DNA of 64,000 bases from Alloascoidea hylecoeti. Taxonomy: Eukaryota. The translations under genes were made by a program, and so were the position numbers. The stretch lies in assembly GCA_001600815.1 (NCBI GenBank), contig BCKZ01000007.1:1040059-1104058 (forward strand), given 5' to 3'. Shown piece after piece: positions 1-11,150 of the stretch. Below the pieces are notes generated by a model, which saw nothing but the letters and a program-made list of their open reading frames with translations, ran no database searches and had not been told where the DNA came from. Each line of letters opens with the position of its first letter. The first letter of the stretch is position 1.

Positions 1-248
1 AACAGTTATGCCAAGAATTTGGCGAGAAGTCATAAGACCTCTTGTGACTACTTAAACATCTACAAAATGCTTTACAATTATATTGAACATTACAGTTGTT
101 TCCGATTAAGTAATAAACACATAAATTCTACATACTTGAATAACAACTTACAGCAATATTATATTAATGATGTCATAAAATAATGTAAATATATTAAATA
201 ATTAATGCTAATATATACACTAATAAATTAATAAAATCATTAAATAAT

Positions 249-2242
249 TTAATTAGAGATTTCCAAAGGTACAATCCAATCAGCACCAAACCATTCTCTA
301 TTAAACTTCCTCATATTACCTTTCGTGAATAACGTTGGTGGGAAACCAACATCAACAAGATAATGTATCCAATCACCTCTAATTACTGTTTGTGATGCAT
401 AAGCATTAGGTATACCACTTAACGGAAGACCTAACGAAACAACCCATTTACTGTTAATAAATAATTGATTTGGTGTTTTTTGACCTGAACTAGCATCAAT
501 TCCACTTGGAATATCAATTGATAAAATAACTGCTTTTTGTTGATTTGCCCAATTTATTAATAGTAAAGTGGTTTGTAAATCATCATCCCAAAGATCAGTT
601 AGTGAAGTTCGATAACCTTGAATACCATCAATAATAATTTCTGGTGGTGAATCAATATTATCTAATATTTTTTCCAATTGTTCAATTCTACTCGCAATTT
701 TACCACCAGAGGATTTAAAAGACTTAACTTGCAATTTAACAGAATGTGATAATTCATCATCTTTTGATAAACCAATAATAATTGCAACAACTCGAACATT
801 TCTATTAATTAATTGTCTACCAGCTGCTAAAGCTTGAGCACCAGCTCTGTTATTACCGGCTAATATCACAACCAATGGTAATGAATTATGATTTTTAGAA
901 CTAACTCTTGAAGAACCACCAAAGGCTTGTACTACAAGTTGAGCGATTCCCCTTGCACCATTTTCAATAAGGATTTCTTCTGATATTCCATATGTCGAAG
1001 TACAAACTCTTTCAACTTCTACAAATTGAATAGGAGAACATGATGGGCATGGCATATGATCCAAACTTGATATTATCTGAGTACTTCCAGAAGAAGTAGT
1101 TGACTGTATAGGTGTTAACTGTGGTAATAAATCTTTAATAGAGGCCTTTGATTGTAACCTCTCCTTACGAGGGATGGTCTGAGCTGGAGGTGTAGGCAGT
1201 TGAATTGAAGTAGAAGTTATAGAAGCAGTGGAAGCGGTAGTGTTAGGTAAATTTTTCTTTAATTCTGATAAATTATAAATATTTTTAGAATCATCAAAAC
1301 TTGTATCAGATTCATCATCTTCATATTCTTCAGATATAGGAGTAGATTCTAAGCCCCAACCTTTATCATTATGATTTGATTTTTCAATGATCATTTCATT
1401 ATGGCCATATTTTGACTGAGGATTTTCAGTAGGTTTATTATGAGCAACAAGCCTATTACTTGGGTTAACTTGATCCATTGCACGCAATTCTTGAAATACC
1501 GTTTTTTTATCAAAACGATTTAAGTTTGCTTGAAAATCAAAGTCTGTATCCATATTAATAATATCTTCTCCTTCCCAATCTGGTTTTGATTTATAGTCCT
1601 GACGTTGTGCTTTATTACTATTGTTATTGTTATTAATATTACTTTTAGTTTTAATTTTTCTTCTAACAGACGTAGCAGTAACATCAGAAAAATCACCGGG
1701 AGTGTCATAATCAGAAGTATCATAATTTTTTCTTTGTTTTGTTTTCTTATTTTGTTTTCTTTGTTTTGGTTTTCGTACTGCTGAAGAATCATATTCAGAG
1801 TCATCAACAGTTTCAGGAGTAATATTGGATGTGGTGGCTAATAACCGAGTAGGGGTTTCCAATGGAGTTTTCTTAGGAACAGCCGATAAAATCGCCGGAT
1901 CATGGATATCCGGTAGGGTTGTATTAATCGGTTGAATACCCGCTGATCCTGATGACGAGTGTTTTGGGGGTTTGACCTGTTCTGGTAAAGCAGCGACAAC
2001 CAGGTCGGCGATTTGAGAGCCTGGAACAGAAAAAAAAGCAGCAGTTTCATTCGAGTCAGGGAAAAATACTATATAAATGAAACATTTGTTAGATGGTTAT
2101 TCAATGAAAGTGTTCAGGAGAAGTGAAGGCACGTACCGTTTGTTAAGTTGAGAGTTTTGTCGACGACGCTACTGACGACTCCTCTTACTTTGGTGTTGCT
2201 GGTCAACGTGACATCGACGGTGTAGCCTACAAATTGAGCCAT
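249..2242 (-). CDS. EDC3: Enhancer of mRNA decapping Edc3 (LSm, FDF and YjeF-N domains); exons 2137-2242 and 249-2068
   Basis: ATG at 2242 gives MAQFVGYTVDVTL (LSm-like). Intron 2069-2136 (GTACGT...CTAAC...TAG) joins in frame through DPAILS to ORF 249..1862, which has DFDFQANLNRFDKK (FDF motif) and YjeF-N motifs (GNNRAG, SIDIPSG). Confidence 0.93.
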
Positions 2243-2461
2243 TTTCCTTGAAAGGTGAGAGTAATCTGATGGAGGTTTTTATTTGCAAATGGTTTGATGA
2301 TAAGTTCTTATGAGAAGCAGGTGTGAAGAAAAAGGAGGGTGGATGGTGCTGAGTATTACACACATCCGGTATATATCAGCACCGGGGATGTTAAGCAGCT
2401 TTAGTATCAGATAAGATTAATTAAGAAAATTCACTCCTCCAACAGCACAAATGCAAGCACG

Positions 2462-4621
2462 ATGGGTGAAACAGCAGAAGAATGGCCTCCATCCCACTCC
2501 ACTACTCAACTACAAAAGACGGCCTTGGAGACTTTGCTGGATGCTCTTGAAGCTAACCTGACTGCTACTATTTCCACACATGACACAGACACCAATCAAA
2601 ATCCGGGTCTTCTTTCTGATGCCTCCATGATGAGTTGTGGCTGTATCGTACCAGAATCCATGGTCTTGGGAACTGGGGATGGATCGCAGTTGATCTGTCC
2701 TAATTGTCATAAAATATCTAGTCTTGTAGGTCCAATAACTCCGCTGCGAAATATCTACAAGGCATTTTCTCGTTACAAAGCCAATATTATTGTACAACGG
2801 CCTTTATTTACTTCTGCTTTAACTTCTTCTTTATTAAACAACAAAGTCCAAAATATCAATAATCACGAAAATAGAAATTCTGTGGAATCACAACTTTTGA
2901 ATAATGAAAAACATAATTTTATATCGTTATTCACTAACTTAGCGTTAGCTTCTAGCCCTCCTCAAGTCCAATCTTCATTTATAACAAAAAAAACACTAAC
3001 ATCCAATAATTCCACTTCACAGCCAATAAGTATACACTCGTCAAGCTCAAGTTCAAGTACTAATATTACAAACCTAAAGAAATCTGAATCTTATATGCAT
3101 ACATCAAATTACATGCACAACCCATCTTCGACATTAAACTATTCGATGAGTCCAACTTCATTCTCATCACAAATATCTAATAGTATAACTAGTATCGGTG
3201 AAAATACAAAAGAAAATTTTTTCAATAAATGTTTCCCAATATATAAAAAACATTATCGACATTCAACAAATCCTCGTTCGTTTTTGCAGAGTAAAACGAC
3301 ATTTATAGATTCTTCAATATCTTACGATGGTAAATATTTCGTTCTCCTTACTGATAAAAAATGGAAATTATATGAAATTTCCGATGATTCAAATATAAAA
3401 CCAAAATTATTATTTACGGGTAAAAACTCAGGTGAGATATCAGTTTCAACTTCAACTTCTTCTTCTTCAATAACAATGCTAGTACCACCTTCAAATAATC
3501 CAAAAATTCCATTACATGATCATTTATATTGTTTCTTATCCAATCGATATTTAGCTATTGCAGAAACAGGTGGTGTTTTAAGAGTTTATGATTATTTAAA
3601 TCATTGTAAAAATGTTTATAAATATACTTCGAAATTCCCAATTCTTTGTCTTTCAATATCACCAACTGAAAAATTCGTAGTATGTGCAATGTTAGGTAAA
3701 AATTCAAAAACTAATCTTGATCAACCAATTATTGCTCTACATTTTTTATTTTCATCATCAGATAGAATAACAAAATCAACTTTAATAGAAACAAATTCAA
3801 GACCTGATTTACAAAGGCAAAATACAAGTTCAACAAATCTAGGTGAAACGGCAAATTTTAATGTATTATCAAGATATTCAAGTAGAGCATCAATAAGTAC
3901 AACAAATTCAACTACTACAACCCAAGTTAATAATACTCAAAGTATACAACCCAATACTCAAAGTACAGAATTACAACAAATAGATCCAATAATTGTTACA
4001 TTCCCATATCCAGATATTATAAAAACATTACAGTTCTCACCAGATGGATCATTTATGACATGTTCAACGTTTTCTCAATGTCGTTTTATGGTAGTTAATG
4101 TTACTAATCCGAGTGAGCCAAGATTAATTATGAAATCAATGAGAAAACCAATAATTGATGATATATATGAAGGTATTACAAGTGTTGAATTTTTTCCCGA
4201 TAATAAAACTATTGTTTTATCATCAGTTTCAACAAATTTAACACCAATTGTTGTTAATTCTCAAATTACACGAAATTCATCATCAATTGCACAACCAACG
4301 ATTATATCAAGAGTAAATGAAGTTGGTCAAAAGATTGAAAGAACAGCAGTATCACCAAGAGGAGATGCTATTGCATTTATTGATAAGAATGGACTTTTAT
4401 ATTTACTTTATATTTCGCACGGAAATTTTGAAAGGAAAAAAGCATATATCGTTAGTGAAGTTACTGGTTGTTCAAATTATAATGATGCAGCCTCAATTAG
4501 GTTTTCAAATGATGGTTATAAAATTTATACCGTTGATAGAAAGGGAATTTTTTACATTGATGACTTCGCTACAGGTTTACCACAAAATCATGACATGGAA
4601 AAATGTAAACCATTGTTTTGA
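2462..4621 (+). CDS. PTR3: SPS amino-acid sensor component Ptr3-like protein (Cys-rich N-terminal motif, C-terminal WD40-like repeats)
   Basis: 719-aa ORF with SCGCIVPE...CPNC...GPITPLRNIY, a Ser-rich linker and a WD-like C-terminus (FSPDG, AVSPRGDAIAFIDKNG), as in Ptr3. Confidence 0.8.
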   Translation: MGETAEEWPPSHSTTQLQKTALETLLDALEANLTATISTHDTDTNQNPGLLSDASMMSCGCIVPESMVLGTGDGSQLICPNCHKISSLVGPITPLRNIYKAFSRYKANIIVQRPLFTSALTSSLLNNKVQNINNHENRNSVESQLLNNEKHNFISLFTNLALASSPPQVQSSFITKKTLTSNNSTSQPISIHSSSSSSSTNITNLKKSESYMHTSNYMHNPSSTLNYSMSPTSFSSQISNSITSIGENTKENFFNKCFPIYKKHYRHSTNPRSFLQSKTTFIDSSISYDGKYFVLLTDKKWKLYEISDDSNIKPKLLFTGKNSGEISVSTSTSSSSITMLVPPSNNPKIPLHDHLYCFLSNRYLAIAETGGVLRVYDYLNHCKNVYKYTSKFPILCLSISPTEKFVVCAMLGKNSKTNLDQPIIALHFLFSSSDRITKSTLIETNSRPDLQRQNTSSTNLGETANFNVLSRYSSRASISTTNSTTTTQVNNTQSIQPNTQSTELQQIDPIIVTFPYPDIIKTLQFSPDGSFMTCSTFSQCRFMVVNVTNPSEPRLIMKSMRKPIIDDIYEGITSVEFFPDNKTIVLSSVSTNLTPIVVNSQITRNSSSIAQPTIISRVNEVGQKIERTAVSPRGDAIAFIDKNGLLYLLYISHGNFERKKAYIVSEVTGCSNYNDAASIRFSNDGYKIYTVDRKGIFYIDDFATGLPQNHDMEKCKPLF

Positions 4622-4819
4622 TAATTATAACCAATTAATAATTTAATCTAATTTTGTATACTAAATAAATTTTTAAATAAAAACAACGTGCACGTGGCAA
4701 GATGAAAAATTTTCAAGAAACAAATTCTAAATGAAAATGACTTTAAACGGAACACTCGAAGAAATCCATTCCTCGACCATAACATCTAAAATCATTTCAC
4801 AAAGTGAAAATGAGGTTAA

Positions 4820-5010
4820 ATTCGCGTCAGCTGCCTGTAGTGCAATAGCAGCGACACTGTGCCACGAGCCATAGGCAAGCCCAGGGGACTCAATAGCTAG
4901 TTTCAAAAATAAGAGTAACATAAAAAAGGCATCGATGATGCCATTTCAGTTGTTACACTGAAAAGAACAGATACTACACTTGATCTAAGCCAAAAGGCAA
5001 AGAGATTTGC
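4820..5010 (-). ncRNA. LSR1: U2 spliceosomal snRNA, compact (~190 nt)
   Basis: Minus strand reads ATCTCTTTGCCTTTTGGCTTAGATCAAGTGTAGTATCTGTTCTTTTCAGTGTAACAACTGAAATG, the canonical yeast U2 5' end with GTAGTA. Sm site ATTTTTG at 4904-4910 and stem-loop IV loop TATTGCACTA follow. Ends are approximate. Confidence 0.95.
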
Positions 5011-5043
5011 TGAGAAAGAAAGGGGAGTGGGGGAAGTGTTGCA

Positions 5044-5089
5044 TTTATAGTATATTCTAAGTGCGGGTAACTATTTTCTTTCTAGGGCT
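5044..5089 (-). promoter_or_regulatory. U2 promoter: Tbf1-like site, Reb1 site and TATA box
   Basis: On the minus strand, AGCCCTA (5083-5089), TTACCCG (5064-5070) and TATAAA (5044-5049) lie ~35-80 nt upstream of U2. Confidence 0.6.
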
Positions 5090-5462
5090 CTGCGACATAT
5101 GACGGCTCACATGACACGCTTAGATGTATCGGATATGCTGAAAACCTCTGAAACAATGCCGAAATCCAATGTACTTATACGTTTTTGCTGCTTGTGCTCA
5201 TTGGGCCGAGCGGCGAGAACACTTACTAGAAAGTAGTCATAATTGTAACATTGCAACATCATTGTGTCTACGGCGAACTCACTTACATAAAGGTGCAATG
5301 CGTATATTATATGCATGAAACTTAATGCATATGGTAAATAAAAAAGAATGAGAAGAAAATCCTTTACCCGCGAAACACTTTCAGCGAATAAACTTATACT
5401 TTCTAACCTTTTTTGGTCTTTTCTACGGAATAGTTATATGATTAAATGCAGATATATATATC

Positions 5463-6605
5463 ATGTCTTCCTCAAATAAAAGATCTTCCCCAAATTCTTT
5501 TTCTTATAATACCCTGTTCAAATCAGTCGATCAAGAACAACCACAATATCTTCCAGGAAAAAAAGTTGTCAATAACAAGTACCTGAATAGCAGTCATAAT
5601 TTCACTAGTAGTGCTACCTATACTACCCCAGACTCCAACCCCACTGTATCTACAATGGAAAATCTATATATAAATCCTTTTAACTATGGTGATGATAGTG
5701 GTTATGACATGGAGGAGATGTCGATGCCACTGAACATGAACAGTGACGATTACCAGCCGCAGGTGTCACAGTTTCTCCCTACAAATCACATTAGTATTGG
5801 TCCTTCAGGACCTATATTTCTAGATAATCAAAACTTAAATATGGATCTACCCTCTTCCTGTTATGCACCTACATTAGAGAATTGTCATTCGGTCTCCTAT
5901 TCACGCGGTCCTCTACCTGGGTCTCCTTGTGGACTACTATCAAAAATGGATATTAAACAAACGCAAACTAATAACTTTACAGTACAACTTTCAAATATTG
6001 ATTTCTTGGATCCCATGAATTCGAATGACTTATCCCCACTCCCTGCAGATATCAATATCGATCTTCAACAATATGATATGGCTCTAAATTTGCAAAAGAC
6101 TCATGATCACGATGCACAAAAAGTCACAATGAAATTACCACTTGATACATATACAGAAATTAATCCCAAAAATATTGAAAGTCCTTTGAAGTCGAAAAGG
6201 AGTTCATATGACGCATTTTCACCAGACACAGCTCCAAATACTCCAAGTAGTACACCTAATATCAAACGACATAAAAGTATACAGTTGACAGAAGAACTCG
6301 TAGAGGAAATAAACGAAGCAGATAGAAGACGACGAAATCTAGTAGCCTCAGCAAAATTTAGATATAAAAAAAAACAACGAGAACAAAAAATGGAACAAGA
6401 GAGTAAGGGCTTGACTGATAAAATTGATAATATGAAGACTCAAATTAATCGACTAGAAATGGAAAATAAGTATCTTCGAAAATTGGTTCTAGATGCTAGT
6501 ACATTAAAGAACCAAGATTCGATTCGAAATATCCGAAAACAGATTATCAATAAAATGAATTCGAGTTTACAAACTGGTGAACAAAAATATCAAACCTTGT
6601 ACTAA
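5463..6605 (+). CDS. bZIP transcription factor of the Met4/Cys-3/MetR sulfur-regulator type
   Basis: C-terminal DRRRRNLVASAKFRYKKKQREQ...INRLEMENKYLRKLV matches the Cys-3/MetR basic region and zipper pattern. Confidence 0.75.
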   Translation: MSSSNKRSSPNSFSYNTLFKSVDQEQPQYLPGKKVVNNKYLNSSHNFTSSATYTTPDSNPTVSTMENLYINPFNYGDDSGYDMEEMSMPLNMNSDDYQPQVSQFLPTNHISIGPSGPIFLDNQNLNMDLPSSCYAPTLENCHSVSYSRGPLPGSPCGLLSKMDIKQTQTNNFTVQLSNIDFLDPMNSNDLSPLPADINIDLQQYDMALNLQKTHDHDAQKVTMKLPLDTYTEINPKNIESPLKSKRSSYDAFSPDTAPNTPSSTPNIKRHKSIQLTEELVEEINEADRRRRNLVASAKFRYKKKQREQKMEQESKGLTDKIDNMKTQINRLEMENKYLRKLVLDASTLKNQDSIRNIRKQIINKMNSSLQTGEQKYQTLY

Positions 6606-6731
6606 TGCATAATATTAATATTGATCAGTTCACTAATTATAACATTTGGGACTTAATATAATTATATAATTTTTTTAATAAGACCATATATCCGATGTAA
6701 ATATAAAGGATCGACATGCCATTTCAATTGA

Positions 6732-6760
6732 AATTTAGAATTTAGAATTTAGAATTTAGA
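6732..6760. repeat. (AATTTAG)x4 tandem heptamer
   Basis: Direct reading of the sequence. Confidence 0.9.
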
Positions 6761-7217
6761 CTTGATATCTTAAATTTTCAATTTTAATCTTTATTACAAA
6801 CCGCCGGCCGATTTAAGTCATGATCAATATTTCATTATATTTATAAAAGTTCACAAACAGTTATTCTTGATTAATTAGAAGTAGTTTACCGTCGTTCCAC
6901 ATATTTCTAAAACTTTTATATAATAAATTAAAACAGTTGCAACAAATAGAATCTTATAATTATCCTAAACATAAATTAAACAGAACCCATCTGGCTAGTT
7001 AATATTAATATGAAATTATAGAAATAATTTATATAACACAACATATATGAAAATACAAGAAACGCCTATGGAATTCATAATCCAAAATCATTAGTTTATA
7101 ACATTTTTTTTATTATTATTATTATTAATCTTCTATCATTTGTTACTACATTACGTATAGCAAGAATATAAGCTGTTATGATTTTAATTCCATAATAAAA
7201 GCAAAAGAAACAACCGT

Positions 7218-7319
7218 AAAAAAATTGAAAATAAAAATAAAAGCAAAAATAAAAAAAATAAAAAATAAAAAAAATAAAAAATAAAAAAAATAAAAAATAA
7301 AAAATAAAAAATAAAAAAC
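7218..7319. repeat. A-rich low-complexity repeat (A5-7T units) in the YAK1 3' region
   Basis: Direct reading; it explains the spurious Phe/Tyr/Ile ORF 7096..7332. Confidence 0.9.
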
Positions 7320-7352
7320 ATACCCAGATCAACGAAACCTTGTTAACTTAAA

Positions 7353-9812
7353 TTAAACGCCACTTACTCTAGGTTGGCCATGTTGTTTCGTTTGATCTCT
7401 TTGAGAGGTTTGATTTTGATGTGCAGCTTGGTTATGTTGTTTTTGGTACACTTTCTGAAAAGCCTGCGGCACACTATCTTGTCCTATGGTCCTAGCCCTT
7501 TGTCTTCCGGATCCATTCGAATTTACCACATTACCATTGGAATTACCATTCATATTTGTGTTTACATTCATACTAGTTACGGTTTGTGTGGTTTTAGGAG
7601 AGGCTATCATATTCCCATATTGGTAACCTTTAGCCAAACTAGGTGCCTTTGGCATTTCATAATTATTATAATCATAATCATTGAAATCCGATATATATTT
7701 CCCAGAGTTTGTTGAATGGCTGTTCTTATATCTATCTTTTAAATATGGCGTTGAAGTGGTTGAACCAACACCATGACTTACTTTACCACCACTCCTTTGT
7801 TGTTGTAATACTTGTGGTGGGGGAAATTGGGCTTGTAATTGGGCCTGTGCTTGATAAAAACCATTGATTTCTCCATTGGATCTACTAGCCCTAATTTTTC
7901 TCGGTGGATCATGAGGAATGCCAACAATATCATTTTCCTTCTTCGATGAATGATATGTTGATGAAGGCTTATAACTACCTTTAAATTCCTGTCCAGTAAT
8001 AAAAGGATGTTTCATTGCTTGATGCGGAGTCCAGCGTTGTAAAGGATTGATTTGTAAAAGGCCTGATAAAAAATCAAGAAGTATATACCGTTGTTTCATT
8101 TCAGATTCGGATATTGATGATGAATTATTACCATTGGTATTTGATGTATTATTGTAATTTGTGTTAGGATTTGTATTAGGATTAGTGGCAGAACTGACTG
8201 CAGAGGATTTATTCGATGAAGAACCAAAAGTTCTTGGAACATAATTAATAATTAACTCCTTTAATTTAGTTTGACTAAAGTACTTTTTACTCTGTCTTTC
8301 ATTGGATCCATATTCGTTATTAAATGCATCTAATGATTTCAATTGAAATCCATCTTTAATAACTCCTGTTGAGCTTTTATACTTTAATTTTGTGAAAAAA
8401 CGAGATGAATTTTTCCCCATTTCTAACATCCAATGAGGGGGTAAACCTAATGCCTCGATTATTCTACTTAATTGATTATATTCGGATTGACCAGGGAAAA
8501 TTGGTAGTCCCAAAAATAATTCCGCGACGATGCAACCTAAAGACCACATGTCGATTGAACAAGTATATGGGATACCTAATAAAATTTCTGGCGCTCGATA
8601 GAACCTAGATTGAATATAGGTATAAACTGTTTGCCTTTCATGACAAGCTGAACCAAAATCAATGATTTTTAACATTGGTTTATCCTGCTGAATTAAAAGA
8701 ATATTCTCAGGCTTTAAATCACAATGAATAAGTTTTGCATCTTTCAAAACAGCAAGAGAGTCCAATAATTGCGTAGTGAAACATCTTATCAACTTAATAT
8801 TTAATCCTTTAAATTGATTTTGTTTAATTAATTCGTATAAATTACATGATAATAATTCAAATACAAGACATAAATGTTCCTTATGAATAAAACGGTCTAA
8901 TAGTTTTAAAAAATGATGTTCATCCTTTGGATCAACTTTCCTGTTTATTTGCTCTAATATTGCAACTTCCATTAATGATTGATTTAAATAAGCCTTTTTG
9001 GCTTTAATTATTTTCGTTGCAACAATTTTTTTAGTTTTCATATTTTGTGTCTTGACAACTTGGCCAAATGTTCCATGTCCCAAAATGTCTAGAACAAGGT
9101 ATTTTGTTGATTGTTGCGTGCCTAGAATGTCATTGACAAACAGAATGTAGTCATTATTTTCATTATCCCAACCATTGTTTAGTTTAGGAGTGCTCGGTTT
9201 TGTCAAAGCCCTCCTTGGATTCCGTGTCGAGCTATAGGTGAAGTTTGGATTGCATAATTGAAATGTATCATTTATGTTGGCCGTTAGAGATTGTAGAGGT
9301 GATAAATAGATTCCTTCGTATGTTGCTCTTCTATATTTCGGTGTTTTGTGAACTATGGGAACCAGCTCCTCATATGTATTGACGTTTCGAGTGAAAGGAG
9401 CAGGAACTCTTGGTGTATTATTTGCACCGCTTGTAGGAAAAGCAGAAAGGGGGCCTAGAGTGTTCCTTCTGGTAAATCGGCCTTGTGTTTGTGGCCCTCC
9501 AGACTGCGCACTTGACTGACGATGGCCATACGAAGATGGCCCAGGAGCTGGGGGAACAACAGGCACAGAAGGGTTTCGGGATCTCACAGGGGAATATCTT
9601 TTACTGGCACTATGTGAACTATGAGCTTCATAATGGGGAGAATAGTTTAAATTTTCTAAGCCTGTTTCAATTGTTCCTATTTTATCCCTTGGTCCATTGT
9701 TTCGAGAAGGTTGGCGGGGTTGAATTGTCCCCGGAGACCTATATCTTGTATATTCCTTCTGGGATCCAGGATTTGAAGAGCTGGGGGTCGTCGAGTATCG
9801 AGGAAGCATCAT
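7353..9812 (-). CDS. YAK1: DYRK-family protein kinase Yak1
   Basis: NPRRALTKPS...NGWDNENNDYIL, LGHGTFGQVVK, HCDLKPEN, and DFGSAC...YTYIQSRFYRAPE (YxY activation loop). Confidence 0.95.
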   Translation of the reverse strand: MMLPRYSTTPSSSNPGSQKEYTRYRSPGTIQPRQPSRNNGPRDKIGTIETGLENLNYSPHYEAHSSHSASKRYSPVRSRNPSVPVVPPAPGPSSYGHRQSSAQSGGPQTQGRFTRRNTLGPLSAFPTSGANNTPRVPAPFTRNVNTYEELVPIVHKTPKYRRATYEGIYLSPLQSLTANINDTFQLCNPNFTYSSTRNPRRALTKPSTPKLNNGWDNENNDYILFVNDILGTQQSTKYLVLDILGHGTFGQVVKTQNMKTKKIVATKIIKAKKAYLNQSLMEVAILEQINRKVDPKDEHHFLKLLDRFIHKEHLCLVFELLSCNLYELIKQNQFKGLNIKLIRCFTTQLLDSLAVLKDAKLIHCDLKPENILLIQQDKPMLKIIDFGSACHERQTVYTYIQSRFYRAPEILLGIPYTCSIDMWSLGCIVAELFLGLPIFPGQSEYNQLSRIIEALGLPPHWMLEMGKNSSRFFTKLKYKSSTGVIKDGFQLKSLDAFNNEYGSNERQSKKYFSQTKLKELIINYVPRTFGSSSNKSSAVSSATNPNTNPNTNYNNTSNTNGNNSSSISESEMKQRYILLDFLSGLLQINPLQRWTPHQAMKHPFITGQEFKGSYKPSSTYHSSKKENDIVGIPHDPPRKIRASRSNGEINGFYQAQAQLQAQFPPPQVLQQQRSGGKVSHGVGSTTSTPYLKDRYKNSHSTNSGKYISDFNDYDYNNYEMPKAPSLAKGYQYGNMIASPKTTQTVTSMNVNTNMNGNSNGNVVNSNGSGRQRARTIGQDSVPQAFQKVYQKQHNQAAHQNQTSQRDQTKQHGQPRVSGV

Positions 9813-11150
9813 TAGTACTGGTGATAAATCTTAGAGTGCTGAGGTTTTGTACTAAGTCTGATCACGTGTGTCAATTGTTTCACTTCTTTGTTACTATTAT
9901 ATAATATTGGATACTAATTATATTTTATCACTGAATAGATCACATTAACTTAACGGTCAAGAATATTAAATAATGTTGGTAAACTTGAACAGTTGTGATA
10001 AAGGTGATGTAGGGTCTTTCAGGGCCCAATTGACATCAACGCTCATCGTTGTTCAGGAAAACTCAATTAACTCAATTAATGCTTCCAATTGCTTTACTTT
10101 ACATCAACTAGTACTTACTACTTGGCCTTTTCACCCTATCATTCTACCATATGGATGGATAAGAATACTCGTCAATATTTGTGCACTTACTCGAGGTAGC
10201 TGGGTTGAGAGAAAATTCTAAACAAACACCCTTAAACTTAAGGTTTACTATAATACAACTGTTAAACAATTATGGTCTACATCTAGTATAGCTGATAATA
10301 TTGTTTTATAATGAGATAGAGCTTCGGAATATGAAAACCTCTTAAACAGGCTTTCAGTTCGAAGCAGAAGTAGTTTACGTACAAGTACCCATACGTATGC
10401 GCTAACTAGGTTGAAAAATAATCTAGATCTGATAATAAAAGAAAAAAATACAGTATATCAAAATATTCATACACATCCTCATCATATTAAAAAACAATAA
10501 TTTTAATATTCTTGGAACCCTTTAAACTAAAATTTTATATTATTGTTCAATTTGGACTAACTCTTATTTAGTCCAAACTTTCTGTAACTAGATTAATGTA
10601 GGATGCTATATCGCCATCCATATAGATATTTATGAGCTTAAGCATGAGGAGATGTATTAAGAAATTCTAAATAACAAGAATATAAATCAATCCAATGCCT
10701 CGATCTCCTTTGGCCTATCAAAGTTGATTTATAAAAATTATTTTAGAATACCAATTGCAATACGCATATTATAAACCTTATAGAAACTAGATTAAGAATT
10801 TGAATGAATGAGATGAATATTTATTGAAGAAATTTTTTATCTATCTTCCTATTCACTATGTATTAATAACTGATGAGTCTAGAAGGATGAAGTAGAAGTA
10901 TGGTGATATCCGGTTCTGAGCCCTCGAGTACTGGGAATGTAATGAGAATGGAATGTTAATGAGTTTTACCTTAGTGGAGAATTAATTCTTGGTTCTATCT
11001 TATTATGTCAGATATTAATTATATCCCACGTTTGTAATGTAGTCATTACAATAGAAAAAGACTAAATTTAGTATTAATTAATATATCGTCTGAATATAAT
11101 TTTGCTAAAAGTTCCTGCTATATCTTAATTATAAGGATTAGTTCTTAAAT

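Noticed and set aside
10551..10577. Perfect 10-bp hairpin TTTGGACTAA/TTAGTCCAAA
   Set aside because: Isolated and AT-rich, with no supporting RNA or transposon features.
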